Source: an uncultured Synergistaceae bacterium (lineage in GTDB: Bacteria > Synergistota > Synergistia > Synergistales > Dethiosulfovibrionaceae). From it: a stretch of DNA of 64,000 nt. The DNA is taken from positions 495-64,494 of the forward strand of contig CAZFNC010000001.1 of assembly GCA_964520485.1 (NCBI GenBank). Direction: 5' to 3'. The translations under genes and the position numbers were made by a program. Below, piece by piece: positions 17,505-26,983 of the stretch (positions within the stretch are counted from its first letter, which is position 1; every line of letters begins with the position of its first letter). Below the pieces are notes generated by a model, which was given only the letters and a program-made list of their open reading frames with translations, did no database searches and had not been told where the DNA came from.

Positions 17505-19852
17505 GCGAAGTGAAGATCAGCGAAGAGGCGTGCCTGTCGCTCGATATCGACGACGTCCTGAGACTGATGTCCAAAAAAACGCGCAGCGAATTGGGCGCAC
17601 ACTGTCTTTTGGAGATGAAGCCCGCCGCCGGTATGGACAGTCTGAGAAGCCGCCAGAATCTCCTGGCGGCTTATTTGAGCTTTCTCGAAAGCGGCGGCGA
17701 GTTCCCCTGGAGGGACGCCGTACAGCCCGTTACAGGCGACCTGGAGGAGGCTCGTCACACCGGTCTGCTGCTGGGAGAGGAACTGCTGAAGGTCAGGACG
17801 CTCCTGACGCTGGCGACGGAGGTGCGCGACTGCGCGCTGCGCGCGCGGGAAAAGTTTCCCGAACTGGCGTGGTTTTCCGCGCACATCCGCGAGTTCTCCG
17901 ACGAGCTGAAATCTCTTTCGGTTCTGAACAGCGACGGGACGCTTGCCGACGGCGCTTCGCAGTCTCTGCGCGAAATCCGCGATGAACTGAGTCTCAGAAG
18001 GGCGGAGGCGCGGCGGATCGGCAACGGCTTTCTGGGCGGCTCCTACAGCAACATGCTCCAGGAACGCGTGCTTTCGCTCAGGGGCGGTCGTTTCGCGGTT
18101 TTGGTGAAGCAAAGCTGCGTCAACCGATTCCCGGGCATCGTCACGGACAGGTCGGCTTCGGGAAACTCCGTCTACATGGAACCGCACGCGCTCGTCGCGA
18201 GCAACAACCGCATCGCCGCCCTGCTCGAACGACAGAGGCAGGAAGAGCGGCGCGTTTACGGTGAACTGACTCGGGGCATTCTCGCCCGCGCCGGCGCCGT
18301 GAGCGAGGCCGAGGACTCGCTGGCCCGGCTGGACCTGTTCTGCTGCGCGGAAGCGTTGATGAGAGAACTGAAATGGCGGCTGCCCGAACTGACGAGCCGC
18401 TCGGAGTTCCGCTTTTACGGCGTGCGCCATCCCCTTCTCGGCGAAAAGGCCGTGCCCATCGACGTGTACTGCGGGCGTGATTTCAGGGCGCTTATCGTCA
18501 CAGGGCCGAACACCGGCGGCAAAACCGTGGCGCTGAAGACGTGCGCCGTCGCGGTCTTTCTCGCCTGGTGCGGCCTGCCCGTGCCCGCCGACGACGGATC
18601 TAGCGTCGGCGATATTTCCTCGGTGCACGCCGATATCGGCGACGAGCAAAGCATCGAGCAGAGCCTGTCGACGTTCAGTTCTCACCTGAAGCGCATCGTG
18701 GCCATGCTTGAACAGGCCGATTCCAGGTCGCTTGTGCTCCTGGACGAACTCGGCGCGGGGACCGACCCTCAGGAGGGCGCCGCGCTCGGCATCGCCGTGC
18801 TGCAGGAGTTTCTGCGCAGGGGGACGATGGTGCTGGCGACGACACATCACAATGCCGTCAAGCGTTTTGCGACGACAACGCCGCGCGTGGAATCGGCCTG
18901 CGTCGATTTCGACATGAAGACGCTCAGTCCCACGTATCATCTCCTCGTCGGTATCCCTGGACAGAGCAACGCGCTGGCGATCGCCGCGCGCTACGGGATG
19001 CCCGAACGCATCGTCGAGGAGGCACGGAAGAATCTCAACTCCGACGAACTCAACGCCGAGCGGCTGATCGGTCAGCTGCAGGAAAAACGCGCGGCTGTCG
19101 AAAAGCTTTCCCGCGAGCTGGCCGCCGAAAAAACGCGCCTCGCCGAACAGCGCCGGAAACTCAACGACAGGCAGACGGCCACCGAGAAAAGACGCGACGA
19201 GATGCTCCTCAAGGCGGAGCGTCAGTCTCGGCAGGTGCTCGACGAAGCGGAAGCGCGCGCCCGCACGTTGCTTAAGTCGCTTGAGGGCGCGGCCCTGTCG
19301 GCGGGGCACCGCGAGATGGCCAGGCAGAAGGAGCGGATCGACCGCGCGCGCGACAGGATTTCCCAGCGGCAGACGAAGATCGAGGCGCGCGCCCCCACGG
19401 CGCCCGTTTTGCAGCTGAAAGTCGGGTCCAACGTGAAGATGCGCGACAGCAGCGTCAAGGGCGAGATCGTCTCGATAGAAGGGCAGAGCGCCGAAGTGCA
19501 GTCCGGCCCGATCCGCATCACCGTGCCTCTGAAGGACCTCGTCCCGACCGCCGCCCCGACGCCTCTGAAAACGTCCGAAGAGATCGCCGTGGTGCGCAGG
19601 CCGGAAAACGTTCCGAGTTCAATCATGGTGCGCGGGATGACCGTAGACGAGGCTATCCCGCTTGTGGAGCGCTACCTTGACCAGTCGATGCGCGCAGGAT
19701 ACGGCGAAGTGACGGTTATTCACGGGCACGGCGAGGGAATCCTGCGCCGCGAGGTCCATCAGCTGTGCAAAAAGCTGCCCTACGTGGCCGACTTCCGTCT
19801 GGGAGACCATAACGAGGGCGGCTGGGGCGTGACCGTAGTCCGCTTCCGCTGA
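17501..19852 (+). CDS. mutS2: Endonuclease MutS2
   Basis: GPNTGGKT, DIGDEQSIEQSLSTFSSH, LDELGAGTDPQEG, C-terminal Smr domain (IHGHGEGILR); GTGA overlap with cvpA. Confidence 0.95.
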   Translation: MSEVKISEEACLSLDIDDVLRLMSKKTRSELGAHCLLEMKPAAGMDSLRSRQNLLAAYLSFLESGGEFPWRDAVQPVTGDLEEARHTGLLLGEELLKVRTLLTLATEVRDCALRAREKFPELAWFSAHIREFSDELKSLSVLNSDGTLADGASQSLREIRDELSLRRAEARRIGNGFLGGSYSNMLQERVLSLRGGRFAVLVKQSCVNRFPGIVTDRSASGNSVYMEPHALVASNNRIAALLERQRQEERRVYGELTRGILARAGAVSEAEDSLARLDLFCCAEALMRELKWRLPELTSRSEFRFYGVRHPLLGEKAVPIDVYCGRDFRALIVTGPNTGGKTVALKTCAVAVFLAWCGLPVPADDGSSVGDISSVHADIGDEQSIEQSLSTFSSHLKRIVAMLEQADSRSLVLLDELGAGTDPQEGAALGIAVLQEFLRRGTMVLATTHHNAVKRFATTTPRVESACVDFDMKTLSPTYHLLVGIPGQSNALAIAARYGMPERIVEEARKNLNSDELNAERLIGQLQEKRAAVEKLSRELAAEKTRLAEQRRKLNDRQTATEKRRDEMLLKAERQSRQVLDEAEARARTLLKSLEGAALSAGHREMARQKERIDRARDRISQRQTKIEARAPTAPVLQLKVGSNVKMRDSSVKGEIVSIEGQSAEVQSGPIRITVPLKDLVPTAAPTPLKTSEEIAVVRRPENVPSSIMVRGMTVDEAIPLVERYLDQSMRAGYGEVTVIHGHGEGILRREVHQLCKKLPYVADFRLGDHNEGGWGVTVVRFR

Positions 19853-20101
19853 AAACGATCGGTTCGCCTCTCTCGGCGCCGCCGGGAGCGCAAACCGTCG
19901 CGTCATCTGTTCCTGCTTCGCGTAAGGGTTGTCCGAGTATTCCGCTTTGCCACTCGTCATGATATGATGTGCCGTGTCAGAGGAAAATGCGGAGGAAGCC
20001 GCGCCCTTGAACAGTCGTCAGATCTTTCTTGAGCGCGGCAGAGCGGATCTCCTGATGACCGAAAGCCGACGTTTTCAAAGGCCCGAGAGGAGTGATACGT
20101 C

Positions 20102-21466
20102 ATGCAGAATCGCCGTGAGATGCTGGCAAGCGCGCCGTTGCTGCCTCTTCTGGTTCGGCTGTCGGCGCCCGCCATGCTCGGCATGTTCGTGATGGCTTCC
20201 TACAACGTTGTCGACGCGATTTACATCGGCTGGGGCGTCGGTCCGCTGGGGATCGCCGCCACGTCCGTTGCCTTCCCGATGCAGCTTTTCGTCGGGGCTC
20301 TTTCGATGTGGATCGCGATGGGCACGGCTTCGCTCTCCTCACGCAAACTCGGCGCGGGGCGCGACGACGACGCCGAAAGCGCGCTGGCGAACGGTTTTTT
20401 GATGTCAAGCTGCCTCGGCTTCGTGACGATGACGCTGGGGCTGACCTTTCTCGACAGGCTGATCGGGCTGATGGGCACCGACGAACAGGTCGCGTCGTTC
20501 GCGAAGGAGTACCTTCGCGTCGTCTTTCTCGGGAACCCGCTCGTGATCGTGGGGATGCTCTTCAACAACACGATCCGTTCGGAGGGCAACACGCGCTACG
20601 CGATGTATTCGATGGTGTTGCCGGCGATCCTCAACGTGTTTCTCGATCCGCTTTTCATCTTCGGGTTTGGAATGGGCATGGCGGGCGCGGCATGGGCGAC
20701 GGTGACGGGGCAGCTGGTGACGCTGCTCTGGGTGTTGCGCTATTACCTGTCGGGCAGCCGCAGCCTGATCGCGCTGAAGTTCGCCAAGATGCCGCTGCGC
20801 TGGGAAATCGATCGCGACATCCTTTCCGTCGGCGCGTCGGAGTTCGCACGCCAAGGGGCGCTCACGGTGGCCAACTCGATTCTGATGAACCAGATCTCGC
20901 GCTACGGCACGCCTCTCCACATCGCGGCCTTTTCGATCATGATGAAGGTCTCCTCGCTGGCGGTGATGCCGATTTTCGGTCTCGGGCAGGGGATGCAGCC
21001 GATCGTGGGCTACTGCTACGGGGCGCGTCTCTTCGAGCGCGCCCGCAGGGCGATCGAGCTGGCGCTCGGCGCGGCGTTCTCGATCACGCTAGTGGGCGAG
21101 GCGATTCTTCTCACGTTCCCCGGCGTTTTCGCACGAGCCTTTACGGGCGATCCCGAGGTGATCAGGCTTACCGTCTGGGGCGTGCGCATTTTGCAGAGCA
21201 CGTTTGCCATTGTCGGGCTGCAGGTGATCGGCACCGTCGTCTTCCAGGCGCTCGGGTTCGCCGGTCCCGCTCTGTTCCTGTCGATGTCGCGGCAGGTCAT
21301 CTTCTTTATCCCCGCGCTCCTGCTCCTGCCGCGCTTTTTCGGCGTGACGGGGGTGTTCGCCAGCTATCCCGTCGCGGATGTCGCCGCCTGCAGCGTCACG
21401 ATGGCGTTTCTGTTCGTCTACCGCAGGCGCTTTAAGGAGCTTGAGACGCGAAACGCGGACGGCTGA
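20102..21466 (+). CDS. MATE family efflux transporter
   Basis: 454 aa; YNVVDAIYIG, NVFLDPLFIF, GMQPIVGYCYGA. Confidence 0.92.
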   Translation: MQNRREMLASAPLLPLLVRLSAPAMLGMFVMASYNVVDAIYIGWGVGPLGIAATSVAFPMQLFVGALSMWIAMGTASLSSRKLGAGRDDDAESALANGFLMSSCLGFVTMTLGLTFLDRLIGLMGTDEQVASFAKEYLRVVFLGNPLVIVGMLFNNTIRSEGNTRYAMYSMVLPAILNVFLDPLFIFGFGMGMAGAAWATVTGQLVTLLWVLRYYLSGSRSLIALKFAKMPLRWEIDRDILSVGASEFARQGALTVANSILMNQISRYGTPLHIAAFSIMMKVSSLAVMPIFGLGQGMQPIVGYCYGARLFERARRAIELALGAAFSITLVGEAILLTFPGVFARAFTGDPEVIRLTVWGVRILQSTFAIVGLQVIGTVVFQALGFAGPALFLSMSRQVIFFIPALLLLPRFFGVTGVFASYPVADVAACSVTMAFLFVYRRRFKELETRNADG

Positions 21467-21503
21467 TGCCGCCGGACGACGAGATTCCCGCGGTTTTAAG
21501 CGA

Positions 21504-21534
21504 CGGACATTCAGGTGTGTCCGACAGTTTTTTT
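21504..21534 (+). terminator. Terminator-like hairpin after MATE gene
   Basis: CGGACAT/GTGTCCG stem, then ACAG and T7. Confidence 0.5.
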
Positions 21535-21683
21535 ACAGCCGGAAGATTTCGCATGCCGTCTTCGGACGGGAGGGAAACGGGACAACCGCTGTCCTTCCTC
21601 CATGTTCGCACGTCGCGCGCGAAGCGAGGTCGTCGGCGGGCTGTCGTAAAAAAGCTGAAAATGTGCAAAGGAGTTTGTGAGCT

Positions 21684-22757
21684 ATGTCTCAGAGAACCTA
21701 TAATTTCAACGCGGGGCCGAGCGCCCTGCCTCTGCCTGTCCTGGAAGCTGCCAGGGATGAGTTTGTCGACTATGCCCACACGGGCATGAGCGTCGTGGAG
21801 ATCAGCCACCGCAGCGCCGAATACGCCGCCCTTCACGCCGAAACCAAGGACCTTCTCCGGCGGCTGATGAATATCCCCGACGACTACCGCGTACTCTTCG
21901 TCCAGGGCGGAGGAAGCACACAGTTTCTGATGACGGCGGCCAACTTTTTGAAACGCAGAGCCGCCTACGTGAACACGGGCGTGTGGTCGAAAAAGGCCAT
22001 GGCGGAAGCTCGGTACTACGGCGAAGCTTACGAGGCCGCTACCGGCGCCGATTCAAACTACAGCAGAATACCCGACAGGTTTACATGGCAGCCGGACACC
22101 GACTACGTTCACATCACGAGCAACAACACGATCTACGGCACAGAATGGCAGTCGTTTCCCGACTTTCCGGCGCCCGTGATCTGTGATATGTCAAGTGATA
22201 TATTAAGCCGCCCCGTGGACGTCTCCAAATTCAGCCTGATCTATGCCGGAGCCCAGAAGAACCTCGCCCCGGCGGGCGTAGTGGTGGTCATCGCCAAGGA
22301 AGAGTTTCTGGCGGGAGCCAGGCGGGACCTGCCGACCATGCTGAAATACGCGACGTTCGCCGACCACGATTCGCTGTACAACACGCCCCCCGTCTTCTGC
22401 ATCTATATGCTTAACAAGACCCTTCACTACCTGGCCGACAACGGAGGCGTCGAGGCGGCCGAACGCAGGAACATCGCCAAGGCCGCGCTGATCTATGACG
22501 TCATCGACGGCAGCGGCGGCTTCTACAGAGGCCATGCGGAGCCGTCAAGCCGATCGCGCATGAACATCACGTTCAATCTGCCCACGGTTGCCCTGGAGAA
22601 GGATTTTGTGGCCGGGGGCAGGGCTCGGGGCTTTGTCGGCATAGGGGGCCATCGCCTTGTGGGAGGGTGCAGAGCCAGCTGCTACAATGCGGTCAGCCTT
22701 GACGACTGCCGCGCGCTGGCCGACTTTATGCGCGACTTCCAGAGGGAGAACGGCTGA
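21684..22757 (+). CDS. serC: Phosphoserine transaminase
   Basis: YNFNAGPSALP, VVEISHRS, NNTIYGTEW, DMSSDILS, YAGAQKNL (PLP Lys), NTPPVF, GHRLVGGCRAS. Confidence 0.97.
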   Translation: MSQRTYNFNAGPSALPLPVLEAARDEFVDYAHTGMSVVEISHRSAEYAALHAETKDLLRRLMNIPDDYRVLFVQGGGSTQFLMTAANFLKRRAAYVNTGVWSKKAMAEARYYGEAYEAATGADSNYSRIPDRFTWQPDTDYVHITSNNTIYGTEWQSFPDFPAPVICDMSSDILSRPVDVSKFSLIYAGAQKNLAPAGVVVVIAKEEFLAGARRDLPTMLKYATFADHDSLYNTPPVFCIYMLNKTLHYLADNGGVEAAERRNIAKAALIYDVIDGSGGFYRGHAEPSSRSRMNITFNLPTVALEKDFVAGGRARGFVGIGGHRLVGGCRASCYNAVSLDDCRALADFMRDFQRENG

Positions 22758-22866
22758 CGCGGCGTCCCGCAAGCCGAGCGGGACGGCGGTCGTGAGCAGG
22801 CGGGACGCGGGTTGAAAAATCCCTGTTCCCTGACCGAGAGCATGATGACCATATGGAGGGTTTAAT

Positions 22867-24462
22867 ATGACGTACAGGATTCTTGTTTCTGACGACGTCA
22901 GCGAAAAGGGCGTGGCCCTGCTGAAAGAGCACTACGACGTCGACGTCAGGATCAACATGACGCCCGATCAGCTGATCGGGTGCATCGGCGACTATGACGC
23001 CCTTGTGACGAGGTCACAGACGAAAGTCACCAAGGAAATCATCGATGCCGCGGCGAATCTGAAGGTGATCGGCAGGGCCGGCGTCGGCGTGGACAACATC
23101 GACATTCCGGCAGCCACCGCGCGTGGCATCGTCGTGCTGAACGCCCCGGAGGGCAACACGATCGCCGCCACGGAACACACCGTCGCCATGATGATGAGCA
23201 TGACGCGCCACATTCCTCAGGCGCATCAGTCGTTGCAGGAGGGAAAGTGGGACAGGAAAAGCTTTGACGGCATCCAGGTGCAGGGCAAGACACTGGGAAT
23301 CATCGGCGTTGGGCGCATCGGCAGCAGGGTGGCGCGCCGCATGCAGGCCATGGAGATGACCACGATCGGCTACGATCCCTACATCAGCGAGGAGAGGGCG
23401 CGTCAGGTCGGCGTCGAGCTGGTGGACTTTGACACGCTGCTGGCCAGGTCGGACTACATCACCATTCACACGCCCCTCACCGCCGAGACGCGCGAGATGA
23501 TCAACGCCGCGGCCATCGCCAAAATGAAAGACGGCGTGCGGATCGTCAACTGCGCCAGGGGCGGCTGCATGGATCCGCAGGCCGTCGCCGAAGGCCTGAA
23601 AAGCGGCAAAATCGCCGGCGCTGCCATCGACGTCTATCCCCATGAGCCCTTGAAGAAGGAGGACAATCCTTTCCTGGGGCTGCCCAACGTTGTTCAGACT
23701 CCTCATCTTGGCGCCAGCACCGTCGAGGCGCAGATCGGCGTGGCGGTCGACGTAGCCGCCGGCGTCATCGACGCCCTTGAAGGCCGGCCGGTCATGACGG
23801 CCGTGAACATGGCGCCCATCCCCAAGAGCGTGGCCGACGTGATCGCTCCCTATTTCAACCTTGCGGAGCGAATGGGCACTATCGGCATCTATCTTGCCGA
23901 CGCCCCCATCACCGACGTGGAAGTCGAATATACGGGGGATCTGGCGCGGACGGAGACCCAGGCGCTGACCACGGCCCTTTTGAAAGGGCTGCTGAAGCCC
24001 ATCCTTCAGGACACGGTGAACTTCGTCAACGCTCCCGCCATCGCCAGAAAACGGAACCTCAACGTCAAAGAGGTCAAGTCCCACAGGTCCGGCTATTTCA
24101 CCACAGCCATAACCGCCGCGCTCTCCACTCCCAAGGGAGTCCACAGGCTGGTCGGGACGCTCTTTGACGGAAAAGAGGCGAAGATCGTGGAGCTCGACGG
24201 CTACCGCGTGGACTTCAAGCCCGAGGGCTATCTGCTGCTGGCTCCCCACGTCGACCAGCCCAACATGATCGGTCAGATCGCCACCATCCTCGGCCGTGCG
24301 GGGATCAACATCAACGGCATGCAGGTGGGGAGCTCCAATGAGGCTCAAGGCATCAAGATCATGGCCATCGCTGTGGGCGACGACATCCCCGGCGATATGA
24401 TGCTGCGCCTGCGGGGCATCCAGGGCATTCTCGACGTGAAGCTGATCAACTGCGAGGACTAG
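22867..24462 (+). CDS. serA: D-3-phosphoglycerate dehydrogenase, long form with ACT domain
   Basis: GRAGVGVDNID, GIIGVGRIG, TPHLGASTVEAQ, C-terminal DQPNMIG ACT motif. Confidence 0.97.
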   Translation: MTYRILVSDDVSEKGVALLKEHYDVDVRINMTPDQLIGCIGDYDALVTRSQTKVTKEIIDAAANLKVIGRAGVGVDNIDIPAATARGIVVLNAPEGNTIAATEHTVAMMMSMTRHIPQAHQSLQEGKWDRKSFDGIQVQGKTLGIIGVGRIGSRVARRMQAMEMTTIGYDPYISEERARQVGVELVDFDTLLARSDYITIHTPLTAETREMINAAAIAKMKDGVRIVNCARGGCMDPQAVAEGLKSGKIAGAAIDVYPHEPLKKEDNPFLGLPNVVQTPHLGASTVEAQIGVAVDVAAGVIDALEGRPVMTAVNMAPIPKSVADVIAPYFNLAERMGTIGIYLADAPITDVEVEYTGDLARTETQALTTALLKGLLKPILQDTVNFVNAPAIARKRNLNVKEVKSHRSGYFTTAITAALSTPKGVHRLVGTLFDGKEAKIVELDGYRVDFKPEGYLLLAPHVDQPNMIGQIATILGRAGININGMQVGSSNEAQGIKIMAIAVGDDIPGDMMLRLRGIQGILDVKLINCED

Positions 24463-24464
24463 AC

Positions 24465-25103
24465 ATGCTCCGCGTCATCCTCGTGCGACATGGCGAGACC
24501 ATCTGGAACATCGAGGGCCGTTATCAGGGGCAAAAGGATATTCCTCTCAGCACACGGGGAGTTGAGCAGGCGCGACTGCTGGCCGCAGGGCTGCGGGACG
24601 TGCCCTTGGACGCCGCTGTGTCAAGTCCCCTGCGGCGCGCTCTGGACACGTGTCTGACGTGTATCGAAAGTCGCGGACTGACCGTGGAGACAGACTCGCG
24701 GCTCATGGAGATCAAGCACGGCGCCTGGGAGGGGATGACGGCTGAAGAGATAGAGGCCGCTTATCCCGGGGAGTATCGGCTCTGGCACACGGCTCCGTAT
24801 AAGGTGCAGATGCCCGGAGGCGAGAACCTGGAGGACGTGAGATGCCGCGCGCGAGCCGCCTTCGACGATTACGCCCGCCGCTACGACGGTCGCACGCTGC
24901 TGGTGGCCGCTCACGACGCCGTGAACAAGGCTGTTATCTGCGATCTTTTAGGCATGGGGCTTGAACGTTTCTGGCAGGTGAAGCAGGACAACACCTGCAT
25001 CAACGTGCTCGAATGCCAAAACGGTGTCTGGCGTGTCGTGCTGCTGAACAGCGTCCTGCACATGGGTTGTCTTTACAGCGGCATCGAACAGGCTGGGCTC
25101 TGA
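24465..25103 (+). CDS. Histidine phosphatase family protein, probable metal-independent phosphoserine phosphatase (PspA/iPSP-like)
   Basis: RHGETIWN, SSPLRRA, EIKHGAWEG (His85), AHDAVN; 2 nt after serA. Confidence 0.8.
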   Translation: MLRVILVRHGETIWNIEGRYQGQKDIPLSTRGVEQARLLAAGLRDVPLDAAVSSPLRRALDTCLTCIESRGLTVETDSRLMEIKHGAWEGMTAEEIEAAYPGEYRLWHTAPYKVQMPGGENLEDVRCRARAAFDDYARRYDGRTLLVAAHDAVNKAVICDLLGMGLERFWQVKQDNTCINVLECQNGVWRVVLLNSVLHMGCLYSGIEQAGL

Positions 25104-25150
25104 CGGCGGGCGAACAGTCCCGATCTTTCCCTGACGGGGAGCGTGACGCC

Positions 25151-26113
25151 ATGTTTGCCAATTATCGCTATTTTCTGATCCTCGCCGAAGAGAAAAACAT
25201 CACCAGAGCGGCCGAGCGGCTTTTCGTCACCCACCAGAATTTAAGTAAATACCTGTCCAACCTGGAGCGGGAGTGCGGCGTCACACTCTGCGTCCGCAAG
25301 CCTGTCTTTACGCTTACCCGCGCGGGGCAGCTGCTTTACGAAGCGTTCCGTCAGGTCGAAAGGTCTGAATTGGGCCTGAAAGAACAGTTCGAGGACATCA
25401 GGGAGGAAGACAGCGGGACGATCCGCTTAGGTACCACCGAGGGTCGGTTCCGTATCCTGATGCCCGACGTCATCAGCGAGTTCGGCAGGACCTTTCCCAA
25501 GGTGCGGCTGCGCACGTTCAGCGCCGCCTCGCCCGACCTCAGGGACATGGTTCTCAACAATCAGCTGGATCTCATGGTGGCAGGGCTCTACTACAAGCCG
25601 GCCAAAGCGATCCGTTTTGTCAACGTGCTGAACGAACGCCTCTATCTGGTCATCAGCGACGGAATGCTGGCAAAATACTTTCCCGACACGTACCCCGCGT
25701 GCAAGGCCGACCTCGCGGAGGGCGCCGATCTCCGTCTCTTCACCGGCGTGCCTTTCGCGTTCAACCTGCCCGAGTTCAATTCCAGCCGCATGCTCAGGCT
25801 CCATTTGGCCCAACTGGGCGTGGAACTGGAGTGCGTGCACACGTCTTCCCACCCCGACCTCCATCATATGATGAGCGCCCGTGATCATGCCGCCAGCTTC
25901 TGCCTGACCATGTACCTGCCGTCGCTCGAGAAGATAAACAGGGAAAGCGGCGGAAGGCTGAACGTCTTCCCGATCAAAGGATTGACGGCCTCCAATCCCG
26001 TGGTCATAGGCTACGCGCGCAACCGCGTTTTCGGAAGTCATGCCAAGGCCCTGATACAGATACTCCGCCGTCAGTGCCGGAATTTCGGCAGATACGACCT
26101 GCCGTACCCGTAA
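25151..26113 (+). CDS. LysR family transcriptional regulator
   Basis: HTH NITRAAERLFVTHQNLSKYLSNLE, LTRAG; substrate-binding domain follows. Confidence 0.92.
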   Translation: MFANYRYFLILAEEKNITRAAERLFVTHQNLSKYLSNLERECGVTLCVRKPVFTLTRAGQLLYEAFRQVERSELGLKEQFEDIREEDSGTIRLGTTEGRFRILMPDVISEFGRTFPKVRLRTFSAASPDLRDMVLNNQLDLMVAGLYYKPAKAIRFVNVLNERLYLVISDGMLAKYFPDTYPACKADLAEGADLRLFTGVPFAFNLPEFNSSRMLRLHLAQLGVELECVHTSSHPDLHHMMSARDHAASFCLTMYLPSLEKINRESGGRLNVFPIKGLTASNPVVIGYARNRVFGSHAKALIQILRRQCRNFGRYDLPYP

Positions 26114-26220
26114 AAAAGCCCTTGCCGAATTGTGATATGCTCCCCCGAATAGGACAGAGAGAAATAAAAACTGTCCGAAAGAGGGGAGCATATCGCTTTT
26201 GCCGACAAGGGCTCTTTTTT
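26112..26220. repeat. About 110-nt nested inverted repeat between convergent genes
   Basis: GCCCTTG/CAAGGGC, TGATATGCTCCCC/GGGGAGCATATCG and GGACAG/CTGTCC arms; terminal A6 and T-tract. Confidence 0.8.
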
Positions 26221-26308
26221 CATCTGATAGCTACGCGTTTTTTCCACTGCCGCCTTTTTTCGCTTCGGCGGAGCGGCCGCTTTGCGCCGACTGTGTCCCG
26301 GAGGCCGT

Positions 26309-26871
26309 CTAGTGGATGGTCATGATGCCCATGCAGATGGCGATGAGACACAGCGCCAGACTGATGATCCAGCACCACACGAAGTTCTTTTTGATATGGG
26401 TCGCCACCTCGACGCCGGCCAGTCCGCAGGCCAGGTAGGTTGTTGGCTGGAGAGGGGAGATGATCATGCCGACGTTCTTGCCGATCAGCATGGCTATGCC
26501 GACGTCAAGCTGGGGCACGCCAAAGCCCGCCGCGGCGTTGCCGAGCAGGGGAGCACGCCGAAGTAGAACGTGTCGGCGCCCAGCACCACGTTGTTGTTCG
26601 CGCGCTTGATCAGCGCGTTGACGACAGGGTCGAACATGCCCGCGTTGTTCATGATGCCGAAGTAGGACGTGGAGAAGATGAAGAGTACGGCGGTCTTCCA
26701 AACGGAGCCCAGACCGGAATCGACCATCTTGCCGATGTCGGCGGGACCGTTGCCGAGAAGCACGGCCGCGATGACGGGGACGGTCACAAAGATAACAAAA
26801 GTCATCATCTTGTTGCGCACCAGCAGGAACATCATGGCGAACAGCATCAGGTACCCTGAGAGGGCAGTCAT
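26309..26871 (-). pseudogene. CitMHS-family citrate/carboxylate transporter pseudogene (internal deletion plus frameshift)
   Basis: N-terminus (FSTSYFGIMNNAGMFDP) joined to C-terminal motif GADTFYFGVLP; a frameshift at the G4 run 26548-26551 restores LLGNAAAGFG...SPLQPTTYLACGLAGVE; about 187 codons in total. Confidence 0.8.
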
Positions 26872-26983
26872 GTTTTTTCTCCTGCTTTTTTTCTTCTCAG
26901 ATCTTCCGTGCCGCGAGATCGGCTCCCCTTCAAACTCCGCCGACCGTTTTTTTTTCGGCGCGAAGACGGCAGGATCGGGCATA

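Noticed and set aside
20052-20064. Hammerhead ribozyme core (CTGATGA...GAAA)
   Set aside because: Only 2 nt separate the motifs, leaving no room for stem II; no stems I/III found
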